DNA from: a virus
Lineage: Duplodnaviria > Caudoviricetes
Length of the DNA: 35,490 nt
Reading direction: 5' to 3' (one strand)
Virus record (IMG/VR): IMGVR_UViG_3300028586_000746
Span: 1 to 35,490 of that record
Below the pieces are notes generated by a model. It was not told the DNA's origin. It worked only from the letters and a program-made list of their open reading frames with translations, and did not search any database. Each line of letters starts with the position of its first letter. The stretch's first letter is position 1. The position numbers and the translations under genes were made by a program. This document shows positions 9,348-18,373 of this stretch, piece after piece.

Positions 9348-9365
9348 CCCCCTTCTAAAAGGGGG
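9348..9365. terminator. Hairpin between the convergent moron and G
   Basis: CCCCCTT-CTAA-AAGGGGG. Confidence 0.5.
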
Positions 9366-9371
9366 ATAGAT

Positions 9372-9962
9372 TTACGCAGGCAATGCTGGCCAGTTGATGT
9401 TGGGGGCACCTGATATATCTGTTGTCTGTACCGCCTGAATATATTTCATCCATGCGGTCAGCGAGGCTTTATCGTCGTCGGTGATCATGTCGAGGCGCAG
9501 CTGCGTCTGCCATGCCTGGGTCACACTATTCGCTTCGTTAATCAGCGCTGCCTGCTGTTTCTCTGCGGCTTCAATATCTGCCGCATTCTGTGCAGCTGCA
9601 TCCGTCACCCATTTGCTGCCGTCCCAATTATCCCAGGCGGTAGCCGGTTTCAGCGGGGTGGTGTCGGCAGGATAGTCACCCGGCTCCGTCAGTAATACGG
9701 GCGAACCGTCGGCGATTGCGTAGACCGTTTCGCCCCGGTGATCGGCGACGACCAACCACCTGCCATCGCGGTAAATTGCCACGCTGCCAGTTTTACCGGC
9801 AGGCGGCGCAACGGTACAGGCACTCCCCGGCAGGCCAACTCCCTGCATAAGATACTCATCAGACGCGCCGGTAAACTCACCGCTTTTGCCGTCAAAGTTA
9901 TAAACCGTCAGCGTGCCGGCCGATGTTGCCAGCCCGTTTTTATCAAGCGTTACCTTTGTCAT
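9372..9962 (-). CDS. G: Tail fibre assembly chaperone (Tfa/GpG type)
   Basis: GVGLPGSAC, VADHRGETVY, WMKYIQAV...INWP motifs. Confidence 0.88.
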   Translation of the reverse strand: MTKVTLDKNGLATSAGTLTVYNFDGKSGEFTGASDEYLMQGVGLPGSACTVAPPAGKTGSVAIYRDGRWLVVADHRGETVYAIADGSPVLLTEPGDYPADTTPLKPATAWDNWDGSKWVTDAAAQNAADIEAAEKQQAALINEANSVTQAWQTQLRLDMITDDDKASLTAWMKYIQAVQTTDISGAPNINWPALPA

Positions 9963-11044
9963 TATGCTGCTCTCACAATGTAGTTTAATGCCACGTTACG
10001 TGGCCTAAATTCGCTTGCGGTAGGCACCTGTCGGGACGCGTCCATTACGGATGTCATACCTTGGGTAGCGGGAACCCCGGCCTGAGGAGCAAGAACAGTA
10101 CCCGGGTCTAATGCTAAGTTGAAGAAAACACCTGACGAATTGCCGCGAAATGCGTAGAAGTTTGATCCCATCACTTGCCCCGTCAGGTTGCGCATCGCAT
10201 CTCCCTGCGTGGTGCCGATTCCGCGTCCTGCATCTGCCCCGCGCGCATCATCCCATCCGCGAATAAACTCACCGCGCAAATCAAGTAGTTTCAGAGCCGG
10301 ATAAACTTTTGCCAGTACGGGGTAAGCCGTCGCGCTGAATGATGCACCGTTGCATTTCAGCCAGCCCTCCGGGGGCTTCGCCGTTGGCCACGGGACAGGG
10401 ACGCCAACAGGTACGGCAGAGCCTTCGCCTAAACCAAGGTTTTTGAGAAGTTCAGCAACCAGCCCGGCATCCCTGATTTCGGCCAGCGCGCTGGCCGTCT
10501 GCAGGTACTGGCCGTGCGGATTGTCTGCGGCAACATGTTTACCCATCAGACTGTCGGCGTAGTCCTTCACCTCGATCACGGCATTGTCCACGTATTTACG
10601 CGTTGCCAGCACCACGGACGGGTCGATTTTAAGCGTCACGGCGGTGGTGCTGTTCACGATGAGGATCATGCGCACGGTCTGCGTGCGGCCGCTGCCCTCC
10701 TGCAGCTGCGGCTTGTAGGTCTCCGCGCAGTTGGCCACCGCAAGCAGCACGCCGTCGGCATCAAACAGACCGATTTCGCGTATCCAGAAACCACCCTCAC
10801 TTTCGGGAATAATCTGCTCGGCAATAATCTGGCTGCTGTTGGCGGCATCCACCGTCAGCGAGTTAAGTGGCGCCCGGCGCTTTTCACCGATGAGCCTGGT
10901 CTGCGAGGCGTCAGGCGTGGGCAGCGTGCCGCCGCCGTCGCCCAGGGCCATTTCGGTGATCTGCAGCTTTGTGCCGAGCGCGGTGGCGTTGGCCAGCTTC
11001 GCGGCGCCCTGGCTGGTCAGCAGGGCAAAGTATTTAGTCGTCAT
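9962..11044 (-). CDS. H: Tail fibre protein (short, 360 aa)
   Basis: P2 H anchor (GGFWIREIGLFD, YKPQLQEGSGR), collar domain PVGVPVPWP...GWLKCNG...RGEFIRGWD, C-terminal RPRNVALNYIVRA. Confidence 0.92.
   Translation of the reverse strand: MTTKYFALLTSQGAAKLANATALGTKLQITEMALGDGGGTLPTPDASQTRLIGEKRRAPLNSLTVDAANSSQIIAEQIIPESEGGFWIREIGLFDADGVLLAVANCAETYKPQLQEGSGRTQTVRMILIVNSTTAVTLKIDPSVVLATRKYVDNAVIEVKDYADSLMGKHVAADNPHGQYLQTASALAEIRDAGLVAELLKNLGLGEGSAVPVGVPVPWPTAKPPEGWLKCNGASFSATAYPVLAKVYPALKLLDLRGEFIRGWDDARGADAGRGIGTTQGDAMRNLTGQVMGSNFYAFRGNSSGVFFNLALDPGTVLAPQAGVPATQGMTSVMDASRQVPTASEFRPRNVALNYIVRAA
10424..10449. other. hix/gix/pix-like DNA invertase crossover site
   Basis: TTCGCCTAAACCAAGGTTTTTGAGAA, 21/26 identical to hixL as I recall it (TTCTTGAAAACCAAGGTTTTTGATAA). 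Confidence 0.65.
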
Positions 11045-11649
11045 GCTCTCACTTCCGTCAGGTCAATAAGATGGACCGCCGCGCCGGTATAACCGGAGCC
11101 GCCAGCGGTGATGATTTCGGGCGTGTACGGGTAAACGGTCAGCTCGTCGCCGCTGTAGCAGGCGGCGGCCGTCGGCAGCCCGCCGGTGGAATCAAGATTG
11201 ATGGACAGGCCGATAAGGTGGCGACTGCACGGCCTGGCATCTGCTATCAGCCGCTCCAGCTCGTTATACATCTCTTCGGTAATGCCGGTATCCAGCACGC
11301 CCACGTCCAGGCGAAACGTGCCGGGCACGTCGTCGGTTTTCCACCATTCAATAATGCGGATAAGGTAGCCGAGCGGCTCCACCACGCGCCGGATTGAGCC
11401 GATGGTGCCCTTGTGCCGGTGAACGTATTCCGACGCGGCCACCACGGCGCGTTTGGTGCTTTCGCTCCAGCCGGAATCCCAGCGGTCAACCGACCACGCC
11501 CACGCCAGATACGGCAGCAGCTCCGCCGGGCAGTCCTGTGCGCTCCAGAGCCTGCGCAGTGGCACGGGAAGTGTTTCAATCATGGCGCAGGCTTCGGCGG
11601 CGGCTACCTCCAGCGCCGACGAGCCAGCCGGCAGCAGGCGATCACTCAT
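11041..11649 (-). CDS. I: Baseplate/tail protein I
   Basis: LLPYLAWAWSVDRWD, HRHKGT; start at MSDRLLP. Confidence 0.92.
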   Translation of the reverse strand: MSDRLLPAGSSALEVAAAEACAMIETLPVPLRRLWSAQDCPAELLPYLAWAWSVDRWDSGWSESTKRAVVAASEYVHRHKGTIGSIRRVVEPLGYLIRIIEWWKTDDVPGTFRLDVGVLDTGITEEMYNELERLIADARPCSRHLIGLSINLDSTGGLPTAAACYSGDELTVYPYTPEIITAGGSGYTGAAVHLIDLTEVRA

Positions 11650-12550
11650 CCGAACCCCCGACCACGATGCGGTAGCCGGTGCAGTATGCGGCCTGCGTTT
11701 TATCCAGCACCACATCCTGAGCGGGTGCTGCCAGCTCGACGCGCTGTACGCCCTCAACGTGCAGCGCGGCATACAGCGCCGACCGGCGGATGTCACGGCC
11801 TAGCCGGGCCTGCGCCGTCACGAACGCGGCAAGCCTGGCTTCTGCGGCGGCGCGCACCGGCTCCGCCTCCGGTCCGGGATACAGGTAAAGCGTCGCGTCA
11901 ATCGCATAGTCCACGATAGCAGCCGACTGCACGGTGACGCGGTCGGCAACCGGCCGCACGTCCTCATCGTTCAGCACGCTGTCCACCGCGGCCAGCAGGT
12001 CAGCGGCGGCAACGCCGTTGCCCTCACGCGACAGCACGGTAATGGTGACGCAGGCGGGCGACGGGCTGATGGCCGAGGCATCCGCCACGCGGCCGTCGGC
12101 GCTTTTCGCGTGATACTCATAGGCGCCGGTCGGCCCGGCCACGCTTAAGCCTTCAAACGCGGCGGCGATGCGCATGCGAAAATCATCGTTGCTTTCCATC
12201 ACGGCGGCGACGGGCGGAATGGCCGACGCGTCGCCGGGCGTCAGCGTCAGGCGGGTTACGCCGTTATTGGCCCCGAGCTGGTCCAGATCGCCGTCGCGCG
12301 CCCACGCCACCATGACGGCTTTGGCCGCCTCGTTGATGCGCTGGCGCAGGATTACCTCACGATAGGCGTTCTCCTGCAGCAGCTTCACCACCGGCTCGGA
12401 CTCCAGCGCCAGCGTGCGCACAATGGCGTCCTGCCGGTCAGCCGGATAAAGTGAAATCAGCGTGGCCTTGCGCTCGGCCAGCAGGGTTTCATAGTCCAGC
12501 GTTTCCACCACGTCGGGCGCGGGCAGCTGGCTCAGGTCGATAGTTGCCAT
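11642..12550 (-). CDS. J: Baseplate assembly protein J
   Basis: MATIDLSQLPAP, LSVAGPTGAYEYHA, DVRPVADRV. Confidence 0.93.
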   Translation of the reverse strand: MATIDLSQLPAPDVVETLDYETLLAERKATLISLYPADRQDAIVRTLALESEPVVKLLQENAYREVILRQRINEAAKAVMVAWARDGDLDQLGANNGVTRLTLTPGDASAIPPVAAVMESNDDFRMRIAAAFEGLSVAGPTGAYEYHAKSADGRVADASAISPSPACVTITVLSREGNGVAAADLLAAVDSVLNDEDVRPVADRVTVQSAAIVDYAIDATLYLYPGPEAEPVRAAAEARLAAFVTAQARLGRDIRRSALYAALHVEGVQRVELAAPAQDVVLDKTQAAYCTGYRIVVGGSDE

Positions 12551-12554
12551 AGTT

Positions 12555-12902
12555 TCAGCTCACAGGAACGGTCAGGGAAAAATCCTGCGCGGTGTCGGTG
12601 CGGCTGCCGGTGATTTCCACCACCATGCCGCCGTCAAACGCGGATTCGTAACGGATGCCGGTCAGCTTCAGGCGCGGCTCCCACTGCAAGATCGCCATGT
12701 AGCAGGCCGACATAATCTGCAGGCGCAGCGCCGTATTCTGCGGCTGGTCGATAAGGGCGGACAGCAGCGAGCCATAGCTGCGGCGCATTACCCTGGTGCC
12801 AACCGGCGTCAGGAGAATGTCGCGCACCGACTGCCGGATATGGTCAAGGTCTGACACCGCCGCACCGGTCTCGCGACTCATACCGGTATATTTAGCGGTC
12901 AT
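12555..12902 (-). CDS. W: Baseplate wedge protein W (gp25-like)
   Basis: HIRQSVRDILLTPVGTRVMRRSYGS, WEPRL. Confidence 0.93.
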   Translation of the reverse strand: MTAKYTGMSRETGAAVSDLDHIRQSVRDILLTPVGTRVMRRSYGSLLSALIDQPQNTALRLQIMSACYMAILQWEPRLKLTGIRYESAFDGGMVVEITGSRTDTAQDFSLTVPVS

Positions 12903-13483
12903 AGCGGCCCCCCCGTCTGGCCACCGCTGTCGCCAGGGTGTTTATGGGTGTGCAGCACCGTGCCGTTGGATGAGAGGCTGCCGCCGCTGTGCGTGATGTC
13001 GCCGTACATCTTGCCGCCTTCGGTGACTTCGAGCGTGGCGGTTTTCAGAAGCTCGGTGCACTCCACCTCCGGCGAGTCGAGCAGGATTTTTACGGCGGCT
13101 TTGATGGTTGCGGTCTGGATGCCTTCCGCCTTCAGCGCGCCCGTTTCCGGCTCGTACTCGATTACCGCGCCGTCCGGGAAAGACCAGTGCAGCGCATCAG
13201 CCGAGGCTGACGGCGCCGGATTGTTGTCAGAAAAAATGCCGGGTAATACAAAGCCGGTATCCAGCTCTCCACCAATGCACAGGACAAGCACCTGCTCACC
13301 GATCGATGGCGCATTCCAGGAGCATGTCTTACCGGCACGGGCGGTCAGCCAGTGCAGCCAGGTTGTGGTGTTATTTCCCGTCGCCACGCGGCAGGTGCCG
13401 TCGGTGAGATTTACCTCGGCGACGGTGCCAATGCGGATCAGGTTGCGCAGCAAGCGCAGGATTTCTGGGAGTTGTTCGTTCAT
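12899..13483 (-). CDS. V: Baseplate spike protein V
   Basis: NLIRIGTVAEV, APSIGEQV, C-terminal HTHKH iron-binding motif. Confidence 0.93.
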   Translation of the reverse strand: MNEQLPEILRLLRNLIRIGTVAEVNLTDGTCRVATGNNTTTWLHWLTARAGKTCSWNAPSIGEQVLVLCIGGELDTGFVLPGIFSDNNPAPSASADALHWSFPDGAVIEYEPETGALKAEGIQTATIKAAVKILLDSPEVECTELLKTATLEVTEGGKMYGDITHSGGSLSSNGTVLHTHKHPGDSGGQTGGPL

Positions 13484-13524
13484 GATTTAGATTTTATTTT
13501 TCTTACGAGCTAAAGCTAACTGAA

Positions 13525-13545
13525 CCTGTTTGCCTGATGATGAGC
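13525..13545 (-). promoter_or_regulatory. Putative late promoter upstream element (PV)
   Basis: GCTCATCATCAGGCAAACAGG, 31 bp from GCAAAC to -10 TAAAAT; start codon at the expected +1 (leaderless, as for P2 V). Confidence 0.5.
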
Positions 13546-13571
13546 AAGCACACAACACAATGACAAATTGC

Positions 13572-13600
13572 TTGAATTAAAATCAGCAGAGAAGTAAATT
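13572..13600 (+). promoter_or_regulatory. Putative sigma70 promoter of the ParA-SAS operon
   Basis: TTGAAT-17bp-TAAATT, then AAGGAG RBS. Confidence 0.4.
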
Positions 13601-13633
13601 GCTTATAAGATTATTCTTAAACAAGGAGCGACC

Positions 13634-14737
13634 ATGAATATAATTTCAATTTTCAATAATAAAGGTGGAGTTGGAAAATCAACGTTAACCTACCATTTAG
13701 GCTCAGCATTAAGTGAGATGGGAAAGAAAGTTTTATTAGTTGATTTAGATCCGCAGTCAAATTTAACTTTATATGGCCTTTCCGAACCTGAATTGGAATC
13801 AATTTGGGAAAAGGAAGATGCTTTTATAGATGATTTCTCTTCAGCAAAAAAATCTATGTCGCCAAAGGATTTCGAAAACTATCAAAAAAGCTTTCACTCG
13901 ATACACTATCTTCTTAAACCAGTTGAGGACGGTGAGTCGGATGAAACTCACCTGGCTGCTCCGGTCATGCTTAATGATAATCTCGGACTTTTGCCGGGGC
14001 GTCTTACATTGCACATGTTTGAAAGCAAAATAGCTAAACAATGGAGTGAAGCATTTTTAGGTGAACCGCAAGCAATTAGAACTGTTACAGCCATAAGAAA
14101 AAAATGTGAGGACTATGCAAAGGAATTTAATTTTGAAATAGTTCTGATAGACACATCACCAAGTTTAAGTGCCTTAAATAAGGTTATAATATCGACATCG
14201 GATTGTTTCATAATCCCCTGCGCCCCAGATATGTTTTCAGACTATGGGATAAGAAACATAGGCAACTCTTTAAAGGTTTGGAGCAAAGAACTGCAAACTA
14301 TGATCTCTTTATTAAATGATACTAAGAGAGATTATTTCCCCAAAAAATTTGTCAAACTATTAGGCTATACAATTTATAACGCAAGAAAACGTTCAGATGC
14401 TCAGAACGGTTTGAAAATAGCGGCGGCCCATGCTAATCATGCAAAAAAACTTCCAGAAACCATTAAGAATTTCGTTCCAGAAGAATGCTATGATTTTTTA
14501 GCTGATGATGCTATATTTAAATCTATCGGTGAAAACGCTCTCATCCATAGCCATAACACATATCCTGCAAGCTCTCAAAAATATAAGCTCCCTATGTGGA
14601 AAGTTCCGGAAAGCCCTATGCTTGATGATAGTGATATTGGTACTATTAAAGCATCTGCAAAAGATTATAGAGCGACGAGAGATAGCTATATTAGTTTTGC
14701 GGAGGATGTATTAAAAAGATTGGAGGCGTTGAAATGA
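13634..14737 (+). CDS. ParA/MinD-family (deviant Walker A) ATPase, 367 aa
   Basis: NNKGGVGKST, VLLVDLDPQSNLT, IVLIDTSPSL; AT-rich cargo. Confidence 0.9.
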   Translation: MNIISIFNNKGGVGKSTLTYHLGSALSEMGKKVLLVDLDPQSNLTLYGLSEPELESIWEKEDAFIDDFSSAKKSMSPKDFENYQKSFHSIHYLLKPVEDGESDETHLAAPVMLNDNLGLLPGRLTLHMFESKIAKQWSEAFLGEPQAIRTVTAIRKKCEDYAKEFNFEIVLIDTSPSLSALNKVIISTSDCFIIPCAPDMFSDYGIRNIGNSLKVWSKELQTMISLLNDTKRDYFPKKFVKLLGYTIYNARKRSDAQNGLKIAAAHANHAKKLPETIKNFVPEECYDFLADDAIFKSIGENALIHSHNTYPASSQKYKLPMWKVPESPMLDDSDIGTIKASAKDYRATRDSYISFAEDVLKRLEALK

Positions 14738-15423
14738 ATGACTTAAACGCACCACATATAAATAATTGCATTGACCATATAAACAATAACATTCATCTTT
14801 ATGAGCTATTTAATGACAAAATAATATCCATAATAACTCGTGATAAAAGATTAAAGAGTCTGATTCATAGCTTTAAAAATAGATTTAAAGATGAGCAGCA
14901 CCTACGGAAGAAAATAATAAGAAAGAACTTAGAGGATCTAGAGCGCCCTGTTGAAGAACAGGTTGGTCCAATTACACCTCAAAATATCATGAATCGCATT
15001 ACAGACATTTGCGGTGTTAGGGTTATACATCTTTATCAAGCCCAATTTGACGGCATTCATCAAGCCATAATGGATTATGTAGGACAGGGCGAGATATTTT
15101 TGTACGAACAACCCAAAGCATACACTTGGGATCCGGAGTACAGAGAGTCTTTCAGCGCATTAGGTTTGAACTCTATACTGCGCGGGAGTTTATACACAAG
15201 CGTTCATTATGTAGTCAGACCTAGGGCGGATAGTGATGTTACTTGTGAAATACAAGTTAGAACATTATTTGAAGAGGCCTGGGGCGAGATTGATCACACT
15301 TTAAATTATCCGACTGAAACTAATAATGTTGCAGTCCAAGAGCAGTTAAAAGTTTTAGCTAGAATTGTAGGTGCAGGAACAAGATTATCTAATGCCATTT
15401 TTAAGACATCTGAAGCAAGCTAG
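14734..15423 (+). CDS. RelA/SpoT-domain small alarmone synthetase-like nucleotidyltransferase, 229 aa
   Basis: RFKDEQHLRKKIIRK, TDICGVRV, YTSVHY, EIQVRTLFEEAWGEIDHTLNY; ATGA overlap with the ATPase gene. Confidence 0.88.
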   Translation: MNDLNAPHINNCIDHINNNIHLYELFNDKIISIITRDKRLKSLIHSFKNRFKDEQHLRKKIIRKNLEDLERPVEEQVGPITPQNIMNRITDICGVRVIHLYQAQFDGIHQAIMDYVGQGEIFLYEQPKAYTWDPEYRESFSALGLNSILRGSLYTSVHYVVRPRADSDVTCEIQVRTLFEEAWGEIDHTLNYPTETNNVAVQEQLKVLARIVGAGTRLSNAIFKTSEAS

Positions 15424-15431
15424 ACCACCAA

Positions 15432-15453
15432 TAAGGCACCATCCGGTGCCTTA
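15432..15453. terminator. Hairpin between the convergent SAS gene and S
   Basis: TAAGGCACC-ATCC-GGTGCCTTA followed by ATTTTT. Confidence 0.65.
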
Positions 15454-15903
15454 ATTTTTCATTAATGCCATAAGTAATAACTCTTCAATAGTTAATCTAT
15501 CCATTTCATTTAATCCCAGCAACGGCCGCTCATCATATGGCACCTCTTTCGCACCGCGTGCCGGGCGGTCGCGCAGCCCGTAATGATGCACCCGCGCCAT
15601 GCGCTGTACCTTGCCAACAAACTCCACGCTGGCCTCGCTGTTGGTGGCTTTTGCCTTCATGTACTTCGCGGTGCGCAGCTTCACGAACATCTCACGCTTT
15701 ACCCGACCTTTTTTCTTCCGTACCGGCTCCGCACGCCGGGGCTTGAACGGCGTGCCGTCCGGCGCCTGCTGGCGTTTGATGTTCTGTTGCTGGCTGGCGC
15801 GCAGGCGTTTTGCAATGGCTCTGGCCATCTCCTTTTGCGCGGGCGGCTCAAGGTTGTTAATCAGGGCGCCCAGCCGTTCGGCAAAGCTCTCCAGCGGCCT
15901 CAT
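15451..15903 (-). CDS. S: Tail completion / virion morphogenesis protein S
   Basis: QQAPDGTPFKPR, ARVHHYGLRDR, RPLLG. Confidence 0.9.
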   Translation of the reverse strand: MRPLESFAERLGALINNLEPPAQKEMARAIAKRLRASQQQNIKRQQAPDGTPFKPRRAEPVRKKKGRVKREMFVKLRTAKYMKAKATNSEASVEFVGKVQRMARVHHYGLRDRPARGAKEVPYDERPLLGLNEMDRLTIEELLLMALMKN

Positions 15904-16367
15904 GGCTGCCGCTCGCTGACCAGCTCACCCTTAACGAACAGCCGGAGCGGCCGCGCATCATCAACCGGCGCCGGGTTCTCGTTCAGGTGGGTGACGTGCA
16001 GGGCGCCGCCCTCCTGCTTCACCAGCACGCGCTCGGTCAGCTGCAGGTCAATGCTGATGTCGCACAGCGTGTCGCTGATGATGTCCGCCTTGAAGGTGAA
16101 GCCGGTGCGGCGCTTCTCCTCCGTGGCCATGATGTCGGGCTGGTTTTCGCGCAGCCAGGCCAGCACCGGCACCATCACCAGGTCGATGTCGTCGCCGTAG
16201 TCGGTGATCACCAGGTTCAGCTGATACTGGTACTCAAACGACAGCGAGCTGGCCAGCGTCGAGGCCAGCCGCCCGGCGTCGATAAACATGTTCAGGCTGT
16301 CAGGGTTTCGCTGCAGCAGCGGCACGCTGTCGGTCAGCGCCCGGCGCAGCTGGTTCGGTTTCAGCAT
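15900..16367 (-). CDS. R: Tail completion protein R
   Basis: MLKPNQLRRAL, SLSFEYQY, WLRENQPD, LTERV. Confidence 0.92.
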   Translation of the reverse strand: MLKPNQLRRALTDSVPLLQRNPDSLNMFIDAGRLASTLASSLSFEYQYQLNLVITDYGDDIDLVMVPVLAWLRENQPDIMATEEKRRTGFTFKADIISDTLCDISIDLQLTERVLVKQEGGALHVTHLNENPAPVDDARPLRLFVKGELVSERQP

Positions 16368-16620
16368 CGTGTTCCTCCTGGCATTCCCTGATGATTTCCA
16401 CCTGCAGCCCGCACGACGCGAGCGCGGCCTCCAGCTGCCGGTTATCCGCCGCCAGATCGCCCTGCGTCAGCAGGCTGTTTCCCGGCAGCGGGCAGCTTGT
16501 CACGCGTGCACAGCCAGTCCAGATAATCGCGGGCGTTGCTGAAGGCGGGACGGCCGTGCAGCCGGATAACGTCAGCAGGCAGGGCAGCAGCAGTCCAGTT
16601 ACGTAAAGCCGGATTGGCAT
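16300..16620 (-). CDS. lysC: Outer-membrane spanin lipoprotein (Rz1-like)
   Basis: Signal peptide with lipobox LSGC, GCARVTSCPLP; overlaps the lysB 3' end. Confidence 0.8.
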   Translation of the reverse strand: MPIRLYVTGLLLPCLLTLSGCTAVPPSATPAIIWTGCARVTSCPLPGNSLLTQGDLAADNRQLEAALASCGLQVEIIRECQEEHDAETEPAAPGADRQRAAAAAKP

Positions 16621-16888
16621 CGGTTTCCCTCTGTATGGTCAGTTCACGGTTCAGCGCGCCGGTGCTGGCGCGCCCCTGCTGCAGGCGCAGCGTGGCCTCG
16701 CGTTTCTGGCTGGCCTTCGCGTCGGCGTTCAGCCGGGCTATGGTCCTGTCCCGGCTCTCAATGCCCGCCGACAGCGTGCCGATGATGCGCTGCGCGTCGC
16801 CGAGTTCGCCCGTTACGGCGCCGAGCCGCCAGCCGGTCAGGCAGAGCGCGGCGAGCAGCACGGCCAGCACGGTCACAAACAGGCGCAT
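16442..16888 (-). CDS. lysB: Inner-membrane spanin (Rz-like)
   Basis: N-terminal TM, coiled coil, WTAAALPADVIRL. Confidence 0.85.
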   Translation of the reverse strand: MRLFVTVLAVLLAALCLTGWRLGAVTGELGDAQRIIGTLSAGIESRDRTIARLNADAKASQKREATLRLQQGRASTGALNRELTIQRETDANPALRNWTAAALPADVIRLHGRPAFSNARDYLDWLCTRDKLPAAGKQPADAGRSGGG

Positions 16889-17397
16889 CACGCCGCCCCC
16901 TTGAGGCACCAGGCCATTTCACGCTGGCGCCGGTTATCCAGCCCCGGCGTGAACGCGCCTTTCACGTACACCCAGCGCGGCAGCTGCAGGCAGGCGGCGC
17001 GCCACTGGCCGCGGTTGATAAAGGTCGCCAGCGTCGAGGCGCAGGCGGCGCGCACGCCGACGTTGAAGGCAAACGACACCACCGCGTCGTACACCTGCGG
17101 CGGCATGTCGCGGCGCATGCAGGCGTCAATCCCGCGTTCGACGCGCATCACGTCGTACGCCAGGTTTACCGCCGCCTGCCTTTCGGTTATCCGGCTGTGC
17201 GGCGTGACGCCTGCGGTGTGCCCGATGCCGCTGGTCCACACTCCGGCGCTGCACTGATAGGCCGAGGTGCGGCACCCCTCGGCGTCGGCGATCAGCTGCA
17301 GCCCGGCCTCCGAGGTGCGCAGGGTTTTAAACTGCGGCAGCAGCGCGGCGATGGCCAGCACGGCGGCGACGGCACAGCGCTTAGCGGTCTGGCTCAA
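16888..17397 (-). CDS. SAR endolysin, GH24 lysozyme of P1 Lyz type
   Basis: Weakly hydrophobic N-terminus with Cys8; AEGCRTSAYQCSAGVWT = E-8x-C-5x-T triad; SFAFNVG; TTG start with GGGGG RBS. Confidence 0.88.
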   Translation of the reverse strand: MSQTAKRCAVAAVLAIAALLPQFKTLRTSEAGLQLIADAEGCRTSAYQCSAGVWTSGIGHTAGVTPHSRITERQAAVNLAYDVMRVERGIDACMRRDMPPQVYDAVVSFAFNVGVRAACASTLATFINRGQWRAACLQLPRWVYVKGAFTPGLDNRRQREMAWCLKGAA

Positions 17398-17611
17398 GGT
17401 TCACCCCCTGCGTACTCCGGCGCTGCAGCTCAAAGGTCTTGCGGCGGTAGTGCCAGTTGATAAAGAACGTGGCCACGTTGGTGACCAGCGTCACCACGGC
17501 CACGCCGGAACCGACCATAAAGGCGATGTCCTGCGGCGTGTGGCGGCCGAACCACATCAGAACGAGGCCAATCAGGTAGTTAATCAGCGAGCTGACTTTC
17601 TCCATTTTCAT
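17381..17611 (-). CDS. Holin (HP1-family-like) with Met-Lys-Met dual start
   Basis: Small, two hydrophobic segments, INWHYRRK tail, directly upstream of the endolysin. Confidence 0.8.
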   Translation of the reverse strand: MKMEKVSSLINYLIGLVLMWFGRHTPQDIAFMVGSGVAVVTLVTNVATFFINWHYRRKTFELQRRSTQGVNLEPDR

Positions 17612-17814
17612 TAGTCCCACAGGTTAACGGTTTCAGCCGCCGGGGCGTCCGGCAGGTCGTGCAGCGTCACTCCGCAGCCGTGAGGCAGCACGGCGCCGCT
17701 TTCTGCCAGCCCCGGATTGGCCGCGTAGACCCGCTCGACCACCTGCTGCGTGCGCCCGTAATGGCGCCAGCAGATGTCGTCCACGGTGTCACCCTGCTGC
17801 GCGATAACCCTCAT
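17611..17814 (-). CDS. X: Tail protein X (LysM-like)
   Basis: AQQGDTVDDICWRHYG, ANPGLA, VNLWD; 67 aa. Confidence 0.92.
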   Translation of the reverse strand: MRVIAQQGDTVDDICWRHYGRTQQVVERVYAANPGLAESGAVLPHGCGVTLHDLPDAPAAETVNLWD

Positions 17815-18284
17815 CACAGCAGGCTCACGATGCAGCCCGGCCGGTCGCCGATGCGGCTGATGCTGAAGCGGGCGTCGCGCCAGTATTCGTCGGCGCTGGC
17901 CTCCACCTCTCCGGCCTTTTTGCCGCCGCTGGCGTCATAGCCGCGGTAGCGCTCGACGATTTCCGCCGAGGTGAGGGCGCCGACGGCGGCGAGGTAGTGC
18001 GATATTTTTTCGCTCTCGCCGTCGAGGCGCTCCGCGGGCACCTCGGCCAGCGTCCCGAAGCCCGCCGCCATCTGCGCGGCGCGCCAGTCGTACAGCTCGG
18101 CGTTCACTTCTGAAATCGCCGTTTTCACCGCGAGGCGCAGGCGCTGCGCGGTCACGGTGCCCTCATAGCGCAGCGACTCCCTGAGCTGCTGAAGGTCGAC
18201 GTCAGGCCAGAAAAACGTGTTCTTTACCGGCGGCTCGGCGCTTTCTGCCGGTCGCGGGGCGGGGATAACTACCGTTGCGTTCAT
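17814..18284 (-). CDS. L: Head completion/stabilisation protein L
   Basis: NTFFWPDVDL, ERYRGYDAS, WRDARFSISRI. Confidence 0.9.
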   Translation of the reverse strand: MNATVVIPAPRPAESAEPPVKNTFFWPDVDLQQLRESLRYEGTVTAQRLRLAVKTAISEVNAELYDWRAAQMAAGFGTLAEVPAERLDGESEKISHYLAAVGALTSAEIVERYRGYDASGGKKAGEVEASADEYWRDARFSISRIGDRPGCIVSLL

Positions 18285-18373
18285 AGTTGGCCTTTGAATA
18301 GGTGGGCGGTGGAGGACGACGCAGACGCTGAAAGCGCATTGCCGTCCTGCCGCCCGGCGCGGGGCGCGTTCTG

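Noticed and set aside
13634-14737. Plasmid-like partition system
   Set aside because: No ParB or centromere repeats, the phage is integrated, and the ATPase is coupled to a SAS gene
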